IMG/VR virus record: IMGVR_UViG_3300018073_000009
Location: 1 to 43,056 of that record
Source of the DNA: a virus
Lineage: Duplodnaviria; Caudoviricetes
DNA: 43,056 nt
Direction: 5' to 3' (one strand)
The notes below the pieces were generated by a model. The model did not search any database. It saw only the letters and a program-made list of their open reading frames with translations, and was not told the origin of the DNA. Positions 8,684-17,914 of this stretch are shown here, piece by piece. Position 1 is the stretch's first letter. The number at the start of each line of letters is the position of its first letter. A program made the position numbers and the translations under genes.

Positions 8684-11600
8684 TGGCCAATTATTTTCGC
8701 ATATTTGGTAGCACGGCGGACACCAACGTTGATTTAAGCATCAATACAAGTTATGCAACACAAAGAAATAGCACGAGTTTTGCAAGTGCCGCTAACACAA
8801 CTGCTTCAGTTGGCCAGAGTTTTAGTACTCCGAATTATACTATAGGCCAATACTTTGGCATCTTTGATACAAGCTCAATACCGTCTGGTACAGGACCAAC
8901 ATCGTTATCACTCCGTTGCACGGTTGTCGCTGTTGCTGGCGATAACCTGGAAGTGCGCGAGGTTACGTCAACTGGCAACAAAATCGCCGGAGATAGTCTA
9001 GGCGGTTTTACGCTTTACAGTACCTTACCAGTTCCAACAGCAACGCAGCGAAACACTTTTACATTTTCCGATGTTACCGGATTGAGCCGTATAAGCTCTC
9101 TCAAGTTATTGGTGCATTCCCAAAATGAGCGACTGAACGTCGCTCCAACGGTAAATAATAAGGCGACCTTTCAAACTGCGGATGCGACTGGAACCACAAA
9201 CGATCCTTATTTAGATTTTGCGATTGGCACGCTTTGGGCCTTCGTCGGCGTCTCCAACGAAGTCGCCGTCGCCACCACCGCGCACGCGCTGGTCACCACC
9301 GGCATTTCCGGCACGCTGGCGGCGGGCGATCTGCTGGTCGCCTGCATCACGTCGCGTATTGCATCGACCACCTCGGTCACGCTGCCGACCGGCGGCGAGT
9401 GGACGCTGGTCGCAGAGCAGAAGAACAACAACACTTTAACCACCAGCTCCGCTCTCCCTTCCGGGTTGATGGCCTACTGTGTGCGGGGCGCGTCCAACCC
9501 GAACCTGACGTTCACCCATCCGGTTGCGCCCAGCCAGGCGCAGGGGCGGATCGTCGCCTATCGAAACGTCAACACGTCCTCGCCGCTGGACACGCAAACC
9601 TCCTTCACCACGGCAATCAACACGCTGGGGGTCAGCGGCACCGGTCTGACCACCACGCAGATCGAAGACCTGATCGTCGCAATGGCGTGCGGCGGGCAAG
9701 AGGCGGCGTGGTCCGCGTTCGACGCGACCGATCCGACCGGCGCGTCGGGCGCGACGGTCACCACCGCGCCGACGACGGCATGGTCCGAGCGTGCCGACAA
9801 TCTCGTTACAACGGGTGCTGACGGCTCACTGGCGATCTTCGACGCAGTCAAGCTGACCAGTGGTGCGACCGGCAACCTCACGGCTACGGCATCTGTCTCC
9901 GCTGGGCACGTCGTCATCGCGGGCGCGTTCAAGATCTTCCCGAGCACTGCTGATGCTTGGGATGGCGCTGACAAGTCGGCAACGGTCACGCTGTCGAACA
10001 GCGATAAGACCGCAACGGCAAGTTCAAGTGCTGGTGGTGTTAGGTCAACGACAAGCCATGCCCTTGGTACGGCCGGAAAATATTATGCAGAGCTGTCTTT
10101 TGATAATCTTATAACCACTGATCCTGCAGGCGGCATAAAAGATAAGACGGGTTCTCTTACTGGTACCCTCACTGCGGTCTATGTAATCCCATTCAACGGA
10201 AATATTTTTAATAGTGGCACCCTTATAGGGAACGTCGGTAGCTCGCTTGCAAATGGCGATGTCGTTTGTCTTGCTGTTGATATGGGGGCGGAACGAGTTT
10301 GGTTCCGCAAAGCCAACGGTCTTTGGAATAATAACGCCGCTGCCGATCCTGCAACGGGCGCGAACGGCCTCGATATTTCGTCACTGGCAAACAATGCGTT
10401 TGGCCTGTGGGCGTATAATTCGGGAGGGGGGCCTGCAGGACTGGCCGTCACCCTCCGCACCGAGAGCGCGGAGTTCACCTACACCGGCCCGTCCGGCTTC
10501 ACCTCGTGGATGGGCGAGGCGCTGGCCGCGCCAGATGGTGTTGGCGACGCGGACGGCATCGGTACTGCTGCGGCCACGGGCACTGCGATCAAATCGGCCG
10601 ATGCGAGTTCGGCAAGCGGTGCCGGCGCGGCGAGCGCAACCGGCACCGGCATCAAGTCTGCGGACGCCAGCATGTCGGCGGGTGTCGGCACCGCGGCTGC
10701 GACCGGCTCATCGATCACGATCCTCGAGGGCGCCGGTGACGCGGATGGCATCGGCGCTGCGAGTGCGGCGGGCACCGGGATCAAGTCGGCGAACACCAGC
10801 ACGGCGGCGGGTGTTGGCGCTGCCTCGGCAACCGGTGTTGCTCTTGCCATCGCGGCCGGCACTGCTGCTGGTATCGGTGCTGCATCCGCCACCGGCACCG
10901 GCATTGCGGTCAGCGTCGGCACGGCGGCCGGCATTGGTGCGGCTACTGCGGAAGGCACGACTGTCGGTGTCACCTCGTCGGGGCAGGGTACGGCCGCCGG
11001 CGTCGGTGCTGCCACGGCCACTGGTACGGGCATCAAGTCGGCCACCGCCAGCACGGCGAGCGGGCTCGGCACGGCAACGGCCACTGCAACGGCGACCGCG
11101 GCATCGGCTGGCACCGCGGCCGGCATCGGCGCTGCGAGCGGTGTTGGCTTCTCGATCACCGTCGTCGCGGGTGCAGGCGATGCCGATGGCATAGGTGCTG
11201 CAACTGCTACCGGCCGGGCAACCGGCGCGTCGGCGGGTGATGCAGACGGAATAGGAACTGCGGCGGCTACGGCCACAGCGACCGCGGCCTCGGCCGGAAC
11301 GGCGACCGGCACTGGTGCCGCTCTTGCGCTGTCGGACCCTGGGACGACCACCGGCGAGGCAACCGGACAAGGCACGGCGGTTGCGACTGGCCGGGCAATT
11401 ACAGTTGCGGTTGGTGCTGCGTTTGGCGTCGGCAGCGCATCGGCGACTGGCGCTGTCATTGCGGCCGGCGTTGGTACCGCGAGCGGAATCGGCACGGCTG
11501 CGGCGGTTAGCGAGGAAGAAGCTGGCGTTATTGCTGAAGGCGTCGGCACTGCGGCCGGTGTCGGCGAAGCCATCGGCCGGGCGCTCGAGGAGCAGCTGCC

Positions 11601-11961
11601 GATTGCTGGCGGCGGCGGCGTTGGAGTTCGGTTCCGGCCGCGTCCGGCGGTCATCGAGGGCGTCGGCTACGCTGTCCTGCCCGAGCTCGTCGGGTTTGCG
11701 CTCGGCGAGGTCGGCTATCGTCCCAAGCTCATTGCCGGACGCGCCAAGGGCATCATTGCTCTCGGCGGCCACTGCGTCTGCGATGTTGGTGTCAAAGGCG
11801 CGGCCTACAGCATCGCGCGTCTGCCGCTCATGGCGTCCGCCACAATGGACGCGGGATCCGCCGGCCAGGCGGAAATCACTCTCAAGATTTGCACGGGTGT
11901 CGCAATGGGCGATCACGATCCGGACGAGCATGTGGTCATCGCCCTGATGATGGCGGCATGA
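8683..11961 (+). CDS. Large fibre/adhesin-like virion protein with a SPRY/ConA-like domain and Ala-Gly-Thr-Ser repeat shaft
   Basis: WDGADKSATVTLSN...GKYYAE...GDVVCLAVDMGAERVWF (SPRY-like); many GxAxGxGxAxATG repeats at about 10530-11590; mosaic GC. Confidence 0.75.
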   Translation: MANYFRIFGSTADTNVDLSINTSYATQRNSTSFASAANTTASVGQSFSTPNYTIGQYFGIFDTSSIPSGTGPTSLSLRCTVVAVAGDNLEVREVTSTGNKIAGDSLGGFTLYSTLPVPTATQRNTFTFSDVTGLSRISSLKLLVHSQNERLNVAPTVNNKATFQTADATGTTNDPYLDFAIGTLWAFVGVSNEVAVATTAHALVTTGISGTLAAGDLLVACITSRIASTTSVTLPTGGEWTLVAEQKNNNTLTTSSALPSGLMAYCVRGASNPNLTFTHPVAPSQAQGRIVAYRNVNTSSPLDTQTSFTTAINTLGVSGTGLTTTQIEDLIVAMACGGQEAAWSAFDATDPTGASGATVTTAPTTAWSERADNLVTTGADGSLAIFDAVKLTSGATGNLTATASVSAGHVVIAGAFKIFPSTADAWDGADKSATVTLSNSDKTATASSSAGGVRSTTSHALGTAGKYYAELSFDNLITTDPAGGIKDKTGSLTGTLTAVYVIPFNGNIFNSGTLIGNVGSSLANGDVVCLAVDMGAERVWFRKANGLWNNNAAADPATGANGLDISSLANNAFGLWAYNSGGGPAGLAVTLRTESAEFTYTGPSGFTSWMGEALAAPDGVGDADGIGTAAATGTAIKSADASSASGAGAASATGTGIKSADASMSAGVGTAAATGSSITILEGAGDADGIGAASAAGTGIKSANTSTAAGVGAASATGVALAIAAGTAAGIGAASATGTGIAVSVGTAAGIGAATAEGTTVGVTSSGQGTAAGVGAATATGTGIKSATASTASGLGTATATATATAASAGTAAGIGAASGVGFSITVVAGAGDADGIGAATATGRATGASAGDADGIGTAAATATATAASAGTATGTGAALALSDPGTTTGEATGQGTAVATGRAITVAVGAAFGVGSASATGAVIAAGVGTASGIGTAAAVSEEEAGVIAEGVGTAAGVGEAIGRALEEQLPIAGGGGVGVRFRPRPAVIEGVGYAVLPELVGFALGEVGYRPKLIAGRAKGIIALGGHCVCDVGVKGAAYSIARLPLMASATMDAGSAGQAEITLKICTGVAMGDHDPDEHVVIALMMAA
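10530..11590 (+). repeat. Degenerate coding tandem repeats (G[DT]A[DA]G[IV]G[AT]A[AS]ATG units)
   Basis: Recurrent GDADGIGAA / GTAAGIGAASATG peptides in the 1092 aa ORF. Confidence 0.85.
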
Positions 11962-11962
11962 C

Positions 11963-12496
11963 ATGAGCAAGCCGCCGCTCATTCCGCCACCGACCTATAC
12001 GCTGTGGCAATGCATCGGCACCGCGCTGGCGCTGTCGCGGCGTGCCGTCGAGGAAGTGCGTGCGCTGTCGCGATTGCCGGGTCCGCAGGGCGAACAGGGA
12101 CTGGTCGGGCGCCAGGGACCGCCTGGTCCGGACGGCAGCCGGGGCATCGCCGGTGTGCAGGGGCCGCCCGGCCGCGATGCGATGCAGCTGGAAGACTTCG
12201 AGCTGGAAGCCAAGGACGGCGGTCGCTTCTTCGCACTGATTCTCAAGCGTGGCGAGACGGAAATCCGCCGCGAGGTCCGCACCGACCTGATGATCAACCG
12301 CGGCGTCTGGCGCGAGGGCGCGTTCCTCAAGGGCGACTGCGTCACGCATGGCGGCTCGCTGTTCGTCGCCGAGGAAGACACCAGCGACAAGCCCGAGCAG
12401 GGCAAGGCGTGGCGTCTTGCCATCAAGCGCGGGCGCGACGGCAGGGATGCCAAGGCAGACGAGAAGCGCACGCTCGAGCCGGTCAGGTTCAAATAG
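11963..12496 (+). CDS. Collagen-like phage protein
   Basis: Gly-X-Y run GPQGEQGLVGRQGPPGPDGSRGIAGVQGPPGRD; C-terminal RGVW..G..GDCVTHGGSLF...WRLAIKRGRDG domain. Confidence 0.8.
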   Translation: MSKPPLIPPPTYTLWQCIGTALALSRRAVEEVRALSRLPGPQGEQGLVGRQGPPGPDGSRGIAGVQGPPGRDAMQLEDFELEAKDGGRFFALILKRGETEIRREVRTDLMINRGVWREGAFLKGDCVTHGGSLFVAEEDTSDKPEQGKAWRLAIKRGRDGRDAKADEKRTLEPVRFK

Positions 12497-13114
12497 ATGC
12501 ATTCGATCCTGGAGATCATCGAGGAGGCGACCGATAGCGCCGGACCGGACCTGATCAGCCTCGACGACCTGAAACTCGCGCTCGGTATCACCGGCAACAC
12601 TGAGGATGCGGTGCTGCAGGCGGCCATCACATTCCAGTCACGCATCATTGCAGAATATTGCGATCGGCGTTTCGGACGGGCAGAGGTGCTCGAGACGTTC
12701 ACGCTCGACCGCGGCGAGGTCCTGGCGACACGCAATGCCCTGACGCTGTCGCTTTACCCGGTGGTCGAGATCCTCGAGGTGTCGTCCGTTGGCGTTACGG
12801 GATCCGACTACGAGCTCGACCCGGTCACCGGCCGTCTGTGGTTCGACAGTTGGTGTAGCGGTGCGGTCTCCGTCAGTTATTCGGGCGGCTACGATCTGCC
12901 CGAGGAGGCGCCGGCCAGGTTGCAGCGGGCCGTGATCGTCGCGGTGAATGAAGGGCGCACGTCAGGCACACGTGATCCGTCGATCCGCGAGGTGCAGCAC
13001 GGCGACGCCCGCATCAGCTATTTCACCTCGGCGACCTCGTCCGCCTCGCCGGGTTATCTCTCGGCGCCGGTGATCGATCTGATCCGTCCGTACCGGCGGC
13101 TGACCGTGGCATGA
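12497..13114 (+). CDS. Head-tail connector/adaptor (gp6-like)
   Basis: LISLDDLKLALGI...D..LQAAI...AEYCDRRF; VSYSGGY; LIRPYRR end. Confidence 0.85.
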   Translation: MHSILEIIEEATDSAGPDLISLDDLKLALGITGNTEDAVLQAAITFQSRIIAEYCDRRFGRAEVLETFTLDRGEVLATRNALTLSLYPVVEILEVSSVGVTGSDYELDPVTGRLWFDSWCSGAVSVSYSGGYDLPEEAPARLQRAVIVAVNEGRTSGTRDPSIREVQHGDARISYFTSATSSASPGYLSAPVIDLIRPYRRLTVA

Positions 13115-13740
13115 CGGCGTTCTGGCCGGTCCCGCGCGAATGGCCGGGCGAGACGGCGTTCGTCATTGGCGGCGGCCCATCCGTGCTCGGGCAGGATCTG
13201 GAGTCACTGCGCGGCCGGCGGGTGATAGTGATCAATTCGAGCGTCTATGCCGTGCCGTGGGCCGACATCCTGTTTTTCGGCGACTGGCGCTGGTGGGAGG
13301 ACAACCGGGCGGCAGTCGCGAGCTTTCCCGGCCGCGTGGTGACGACGTCGTGCATGGTGCCGGACCGGAAGGTTCTGGTCTGTCGCAAGACAAACCCTCC
13401 CGGGCTGGCACTTGAGCGCAACAGCCTGATGCAGAAGCGGACCTCGTTGACGGCCGCGACCAACCTGGCGGCGCATCTGGTCGGACCGGGCGGAACGATC
13501 GTGTGGCTCGGCGCCGATGGACGGATCGCCGCGGACGGCCGCACGCATCATCACAAGCCGCATCGCTGGCGGCACAAGTCGGGCTGCTACGACATCCAGA
13601 GGGCCGACCTGGTGACGATCGTGCCGTCGCTCACGGCAATGGGAGTCGTCGGCTACAACGCCTCACCGGGTACGGCGTGGGCCGATCTGCTGCCGGTGAT
13701 CGATCTGCAGGAAGCGCTGGGCGAGCGGCGCGCTGCTTGA
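13111..13740 (+). CDS. DUF115/Maf-like (sialyltransferase-like fold) putative glycosyltransferase
   Basis: AFVIGGGPSV, VIVIN, ADILFFGD, TSLTAATNLA and IVWLGAD motifs; ATGA overlap with the adaptor gene. Confidence 0.6.
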   Translation: MTAFWPVPREWPGETAFVIGGGPSVLGQDLESLRGRRVIVINSSVYAVPWADILFFGDWRWWEDNRAAVASFPGRVVTTSCMVPDRKVLVCRKTNPPGLALERNSLMQKRTSLTAATNLAAHLVGPGGTIVWLGADGRIAADGRTHHHKPHRWRHKSGCYDIQRADLVTIVPSLTAMGVVGYNASPGTAWADLLPVIDLQEALGERRAA

Positions 13741-14618
13741 TGCAGGTATTGATCCGTGGCCCCTGGGGGCTTGGCGACAACGTATACTCACGACCGTTCG
13801 TGCGCGCTGCAGCAGAGCAGTACGAGCTATGGCTCGATACGCCTTGGCCGGAACTCTACGAGGATCTCGATATCCGGTTTGTGCGCGGTTCGCGGGGTTT
13901 GCGGACGCAGACAAATAATATTGCGCTGCAATCGGAGGATCGCTGGTCGCTCCCGCCCAGGGCCATCCGCGAGATGGTTCTTCACTACGCCAACCTGGCG
14001 GCGAGTTCTATCATCCGGTCACTGGAGCAACGCTGGGGCGCCAAACTGAGCGTCAGGTTCGACCCGGCGCTGTTCGATCTGCCGGATATGGGACCGGCGC
14101 CGATCGTGTCGGAGCGGCCGATCGCGGTCGTCCGGCCGGTCACGCTGCGTACGGAATGGCACAATCCGGCGCGCAACCCGAAGCCGGAATATATCAACGC
14201 GCTGGCGGCCGAGCTGATGGCGACCCATACCGTGGTTGCGGTCGGCGACCTGGCACCGGGCCACGAATGGCTGGTCGGAAATCTGCCGCCAGCGCACCAC
14301 TACTTCGTGCATGGTGAACTGCCGGTGCGCGAGCTGCTTGCGCTGGTGCGTGATGCGGACATCGTGATCGCTGGCGTCGGCTGGATTGTGCCGGCAGCCC
14401 TCGCGCTCAAGACGCGGGCGTTCATCGTGCTCGGCGGCAACGGCGGACACAATGCACCCGAGAAACTCACCGACCCGCGGCTTGATCTGAGCCGCATTGG
14501 CTTTGCGGTACCGGAGAGATATTGCCGATGCACACATATGCCGCATGCCTGTGACAAGACGATCGCGGACCCGCTCGGCCAGTTTGTCCGTTGGACCGCC
14601 GGCCTCGCCGCTGCCTAG
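13740..14618 (+). CDS. GT-B fold, GT9 (heptosyltransferase)-like glycosyltransferase
   Basis: N-terminal GLGD motif; C-terminal LLALVRDADIVIAGVGW..AALALKT.AFIVLG; TGATG coupling. Confidence 0.65.
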   Translation: MQVLIRGPWGLGDNVYSRPFVRAAAEQYELWLDTPWPELYEDLDIRFVRGSRGLRTQTNNIALQSEDRWSLPPRAIREMVLHYANLAASSIIRSLEQRWGAKLSVRFDPALFDLPDMGPAPIVSERPIAVVRPVTLRTEWHNPARNPKPEYINALAAELMATHTVVAVGDLAPGHEWLVGNLPPAHHYFVHGELPVRELLALVRDADIVIAGVGWIVPAALALKTRAFIVLGGNGGHNAPEKLTDPRLDLSRIGFAVPERYCRCTHMPHACDKTIADPLGQFVRWTAGLAAA

Positions 14619-14619
14619 C

Positions 14620-15201
14620 GTGCTGCAGTCATCGCTGGAGGTGTGGCCGATCGACTGGACTGGCTTGCCGACGCAGTACATGTCCCACGGTAATAATGAT
14701 CTGGAAGTGCTGGTCGCGCTGGTGCGCGGCGTGAGCCCGCGTCATGTGATCGAGTTCGGCGTCAACGTCGGCCGTACCGCCAAGGCGATCATGGCAAACG
14801 TGCCGGGCATCGAACGCTATTCCGGCATTGATGTGCCGCTCGACTATGTGCCGATCCTGGCGCTGCAGCTCGACAATGCCGTGCCGAACCCCGGCGAAAT
14901 GGTTCTGTCCGATCCGCGTTTTCACCTGATCGTCAAGCCGCGCGGCTCGCTCGATCTGACCGCGGCGGATCTCGAGCCGTGCGATGTCGCATTCATCGAC
15001 GGCGATCACGGCCGCGCAGCCGTGCTGCATGACACCATGCTGGCGCGTGCGCTGGTGCGGCCGGGCGGGGTCATCGTTTGGCACGACTACCAAGAGCACG
15101 GCAACGTGGACGTGAAGGCCGTGCTCGATGAGATGTACGCGGCGGGCGCTGCCATCCAGCGTGTCGACAATTCCTGGCTTGCGTTTGAACGGGTCGTCTG
15201 A
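14620..15201 (+). CDS. Class I SAM-dependent methyltransferase (Methyltransf_24-like); start uncertain
   Basis: VIEFGVNVGRTA; DVAFIDGDH; LVRPGGVIVWHDY. Confidence 0.8.
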   Translation: MLQSSLEVWPIDWTGLPTQYMSHGNNDLEVLVALVRGVSPRHVIEFGVNVGRTAKAIMANVPGIERYSGIDVPLDYVPILALQLDNAVPNPGEMVLSDPRFHLIVKPRGSLDLTAADLEPCDVAFIDGDHGRAAVLHDTMLARALVRPGGVIVWHDYQEHGNVDVKAVLDEMYAAGAAIQRVDNSWLAFERVV

Positions 15202-15887
15202 TGCACACATACGCCGCACAACTGCACGAAGGACAGCTTCGGCCCTCTCCGCTGGTTGCCGAGTTCTCGGCAGGCCGCCTGACTTGGTGGCCGCAACTCG
15301 GCCTCGGCCACTATCCGGTGGCGGCCGGCGTCGAGCCATACGATCAGGAATACTTTGATCGGTTCGGCCGCGATGCGGCCACACCGCTCGGGCGCGCGCT
15401 GATGCAGGGACGCCTCGCGTTCGTCGAGCAGCACTGGCAGAGCACGCTGGTCGATGTCGGTATCGGTTCGGGCGCATTCGTCGAGCTGCGGCGCGCGCAC
15501 GGACAGACGACCTACGGCTACGATGTCAATCCGGCCGGCGTTCGCTGGCTCGACGAACGTGGGCTGGCGGTCGACCCGTATTGTGTTCCGACTCCGGCGA
15601 TGACGTTGTGGGATGTGCTCGAGCACATTCCGGACTACCGGCCGTTGCTCGCCAACGTGCGCCAGTGGCTGTTCGTCTCGATACCGATCTTTAGCGATGC
15701 CTACCATGTGTTGCGCTCGAAGCATTTCCGGCCGACCGAGCATTGCCATTATTTCACGCGCGACGGGCTGGTCTACGCGATGAAGCTGTGCGGCTTTGAG
15801 CTGGTGGCGGAAAGCGATTTCGAGACTGCGCTAGGGCGCGAGGACATCGGGACATTTGCATTCCGGCGGGTGACCGATGGCGGTTGA
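15201..15887 (+). CDS. Class I SAM-dependent methyltransferase (Methyltransf_23-like)
   Basis: YDQEYF; LVDVGIGSGAF; YGYDVN; TLWDVLEHI; EHCHYFT. Confidence 0.8.
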   Translation: MHTYAAQLHEGQLRPSPLVAEFSAGRLTWWPQLGLGHYPVAAGVEPYDQEYFDRFGRDAATPLGRALMQGRLAFVEQHWQSTLVDVGIGSGAFVELRRAHGQTTYGYDVNPAGVRWLDERGLAVDPYCVPTPAMTLWDVLEHIPDYRPLLANVRQWLFVSIPIFSDAYHVLRSKHFRPTEHCHYFTRDGLVYAMKLCGFELVAESDFETALGREDIGTFAFRRVTDGG

Positions 15888-16239
15888 TTACAGCGCGCTG
15901 CTCTATGACCCGATCTATGCCGAACTCGGCGTGCCGGCGACGCTCACGTTGGCTGATACCGATGGGGCCGAGGTTGAGATCACCGTCTACGACCAGACGC
16001 GACGCAAAGCCTTGTCGGCCGGCTCGGCCGAGGTGACCAGCGTTGAACCATCTGCCTTTGCCCGCATTCCTGAACTGACTGGCAAGGGAATAGCCGTCAG
16101 GGATTGCTACGGCGCGGTGCTTACGTTCAACGGTCGCAGTTGGATCGTGCGGAATTGTAAGCGGCAGGGCAGCCCGAACGGCGAGGATTTCGGCGAGGTT
16201 CTGTTTCTGTTGAAAGAAATGGTATCGACCGATGGCTGA
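15877..16239 (+). CDS. Head-tail joining/closure protein
   Basis: 120 aa beta-rich ORF (LGVPATL...LTFNGRSWIV) in the expected position. Confidence 0.65.
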   Translation: MAVDYSALLYDPIYAELGVPATLTLADTDGAEVEITVYDQTRRKALSAGSAEVTSVEPSAFARIPELTGKGIAVRDCYGAVLTFNGRSWIVRNCKRQGSPNGEDFGEVLFLLKEMVSTDG

Positions 16240-16687
16240 CGTTCGCGAGGACATTCTCGCGCGGCTGCTCGAGGTTGTCGCCACCATTCCGAACATCCGC
16301 ACCGCCGTGCGCAACAATGTTGACATCAACGAGGATCAACTGCCGGCCGCGATCGTGTTCGACGGCGACGAGGAAACCAACGACGCAAGTGATGTGTCGA
16401 TGCGCCCGGCGCACCGGCCGACCGTCGTGCAGATGACGCCGGAGATTGTCATCGCGCAGCAGGCCGACGAGGTCGGGTCCGATCTCACCACGCTGCGGCG
16501 CGAGCTGATCAAGCGCGTGCTCACCGACACTGAGCTGAACGAGCAGATCGTGAAGACCGGTCGGCATGGCAACGGTGCGATCCGTTATCTCGGGTGCCAG
16601 ACTGACGTCGGCTGGATGCGATCACTGCACGGCGCGCTGCGCGCCCAGTTCATGTTCAAGTACACGCTCAGACCTGAAGACCTTTAG
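16232..16687 (+). CDS. Tail terminator/completion protein
   Basis: REDILARL...LPAAIVFDGDEE pattern; directly before the major tail gene. Confidence 0.65.
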   Translation: MADVREDILARLLEVVATIPNIRTAVRNNVDINEDQLPAAIVFDGDEETNDASDVSMRPAHRPTVVQMTPEIVIAQQADEVGSDLTTLRRELIKRVLTDTELNEQIVKTGRHGNGAIRYLGCQTDVGWMRSLHGALRAQFMFKYTLRPEDL

Positions 16688-16759
16688 TCGTCGCCGCCCT
16701 TAGCCGCGCCTTGGGCAAGCGCTCTTCTCACATCATCGATCTGAAAGGAGGGCGTTAAA

Positions 16760-17287
16760 ATGCCCACGTCTCCGAATGTCAACAACTACCACATCGGCAA
16801 AGGGATCGTTTCGTTCAAGGAAGTCGGCGAGGTCACCTTCCGCGATCTCGGCAACGCGCCGGCCTTCGTCTACACGCCGACGATCGAGAAGCTCGAGCAC
16901 TTCTCCTCGCGCGAGGGTGTCAAGACCAAGGACTTCACCGCGATCACCCAGGTCGCCGCGACCATCAAGGTTACGCTCGACGAGATCACTGGCGAAAACC
17001 TTGCCTACTTCGCGCTCGCCGAGCAGGGCGTCGACACCGACGGCAACATCACCCTGAGCGCGTTGACCAAGACTGAGTTCATCGGCGACATCAAGGTGGT
17101 CGGCACCAACGACATCGGCCAGCAGGTCGACTTCCTCGCGACCATCTCGTTCGTTCCGGCGGGCGACTTCAGCTTCATCACGGCCGAGGACGAGTTCACC
17201 ATCCTCGAGCTCGAGGCCGAGGTGCAGAAGGACGCCAACGGCAATTTCGGCGTCTGGACGGTACGCGACGAAACAGCAACGGTGTAA
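16760..17287 (+). CDS. Major tail tube protein
   Basis: Strong SD AAAGGAGG; YHIGKG...RDLGNAP...EHFSSREG...TLDE..ENLA pattern. Confidence 0.85.
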   Translation: MPTSPNVNNYHIGKGIVSFKEVGEVTFRDLGNAPAFVYTPTIEKLEHFSSREGVKTKDFTAITQVAATIKVTLDEITGENLAYFALAEQGVDTDGNITLSALTKTEFIGDIKVVGTNDIGQQVDFLATISFVPAGDFSFITAEDEFTILELEAEVQKDANGNFGVWTVRDETATV

Positions 17288-17297
17288 GGCAATCCAC

Positions 17298-17765
17298 ATG
17301 GCAGACCTTCTGGACATTGCGCCATCGACTGCGGTCGATGTCGTCAAGATCGACGGCCTCCGTGTCACGGTGCGCGGCGTTTCCGTCGATACGATCGCAG
17401 CCATTGTCGCGCGGTTTCCTGCGCTGAAATCGCTCGCCAATGGCGACGGTGGCGACATTGTTTCGCGACTGATCGCCGGATGTGGCGCGGCGGTCGGGCC
17501 GATCATCGCGGCCGGTTGCGGGCATGCGGGCGAGGAGGAATACGAAACGCGCGGCGCGGCACTGTTGCCCGAGCAGCAGATCAAGTTCCTGCGCGCAATC
17601 TTCGGGCTGACATTCCCAAACGGGATAGGCTCCTTCGTCGAGGAACTGAGCGGCCTGATCGGCGGGGCGAGCGAAGGAGCCGCAAAGATCAAAGTGCGCT
17701 TGAAGAAATCGCCCTCGGCATCGCCGCCCTCGTCCGACGTGGGTTCCCGCCCGACCATGCAATGA
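17298..17765 (+). CDS. Tail assembly chaperone (gpG-like)
   Basis: Between tail tube and tape measure; overlapping -1 frame ORF extends to 17914. Confidence 0.75.
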   Translation: MADLLDIAPSTAVDVVKIDGLRVTVRGVSVDTIAAIVARFPALKSLANGDGGDIVSRLIAGCGAAVGPIIAAGCGHAGEEEYETRGAALLPEQQIKFLRAIFGLTFPNGIGSFVEELSGLIGGASEGAAKIKVRLKKSPSASPPSSDVGSRPTMQ

Positions 17766-17914
17766 CGCTGACGCCGCGCCAGATCGCAGCCTGGCTTGAG
17801 TTAGGCGCCAAGCTCGATCGCATCGATCGCGCCAATGATCTGGTCATTGCCGCGGCCGGCGCGCAAGGCGACAAGCAGACGCTCGACAAGGTGTTCAAGG
17901 AGTTGAGCGCGTGA
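17684..17914 (+). CDS. Tail assembly chaperone gpT-like extension (-1 frame)
   Basis: -1 frame reads EIALGIAALVRRGFPPDHAMTLTPRQIAAWL...; ends with GTGA overlap on the next gene. Confidence 0.55.
   Translation, partial: KDQSALEEIALGIAALVRRGFPPDHAMTLTPRQIAAWLELGAKLDRIDRANDLVIAAAGAQGDKQTLDKVFKELSA

Noticed and set aside
10530-11590. CRISPR array or DGR template/variable repeats
   Set aside because: Repeats are degenerate and codon-phased; no constant repeat-spacer pattern and no reverse transcriptase in the genome
10247-11982. Long alternative ORFs (10247-11194 +, 10479-11654 -, 10708-11982 -)
   Set aside because: Shadows of GC-rich Ala/Gly repeat codons; no motifs or RBS
13503-13739. 5' extension of the 371 aa GT ORF
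   Set aside because: Overlaps the upstream gene; TGATG coupling and the GLGD motif position support a start at 13740
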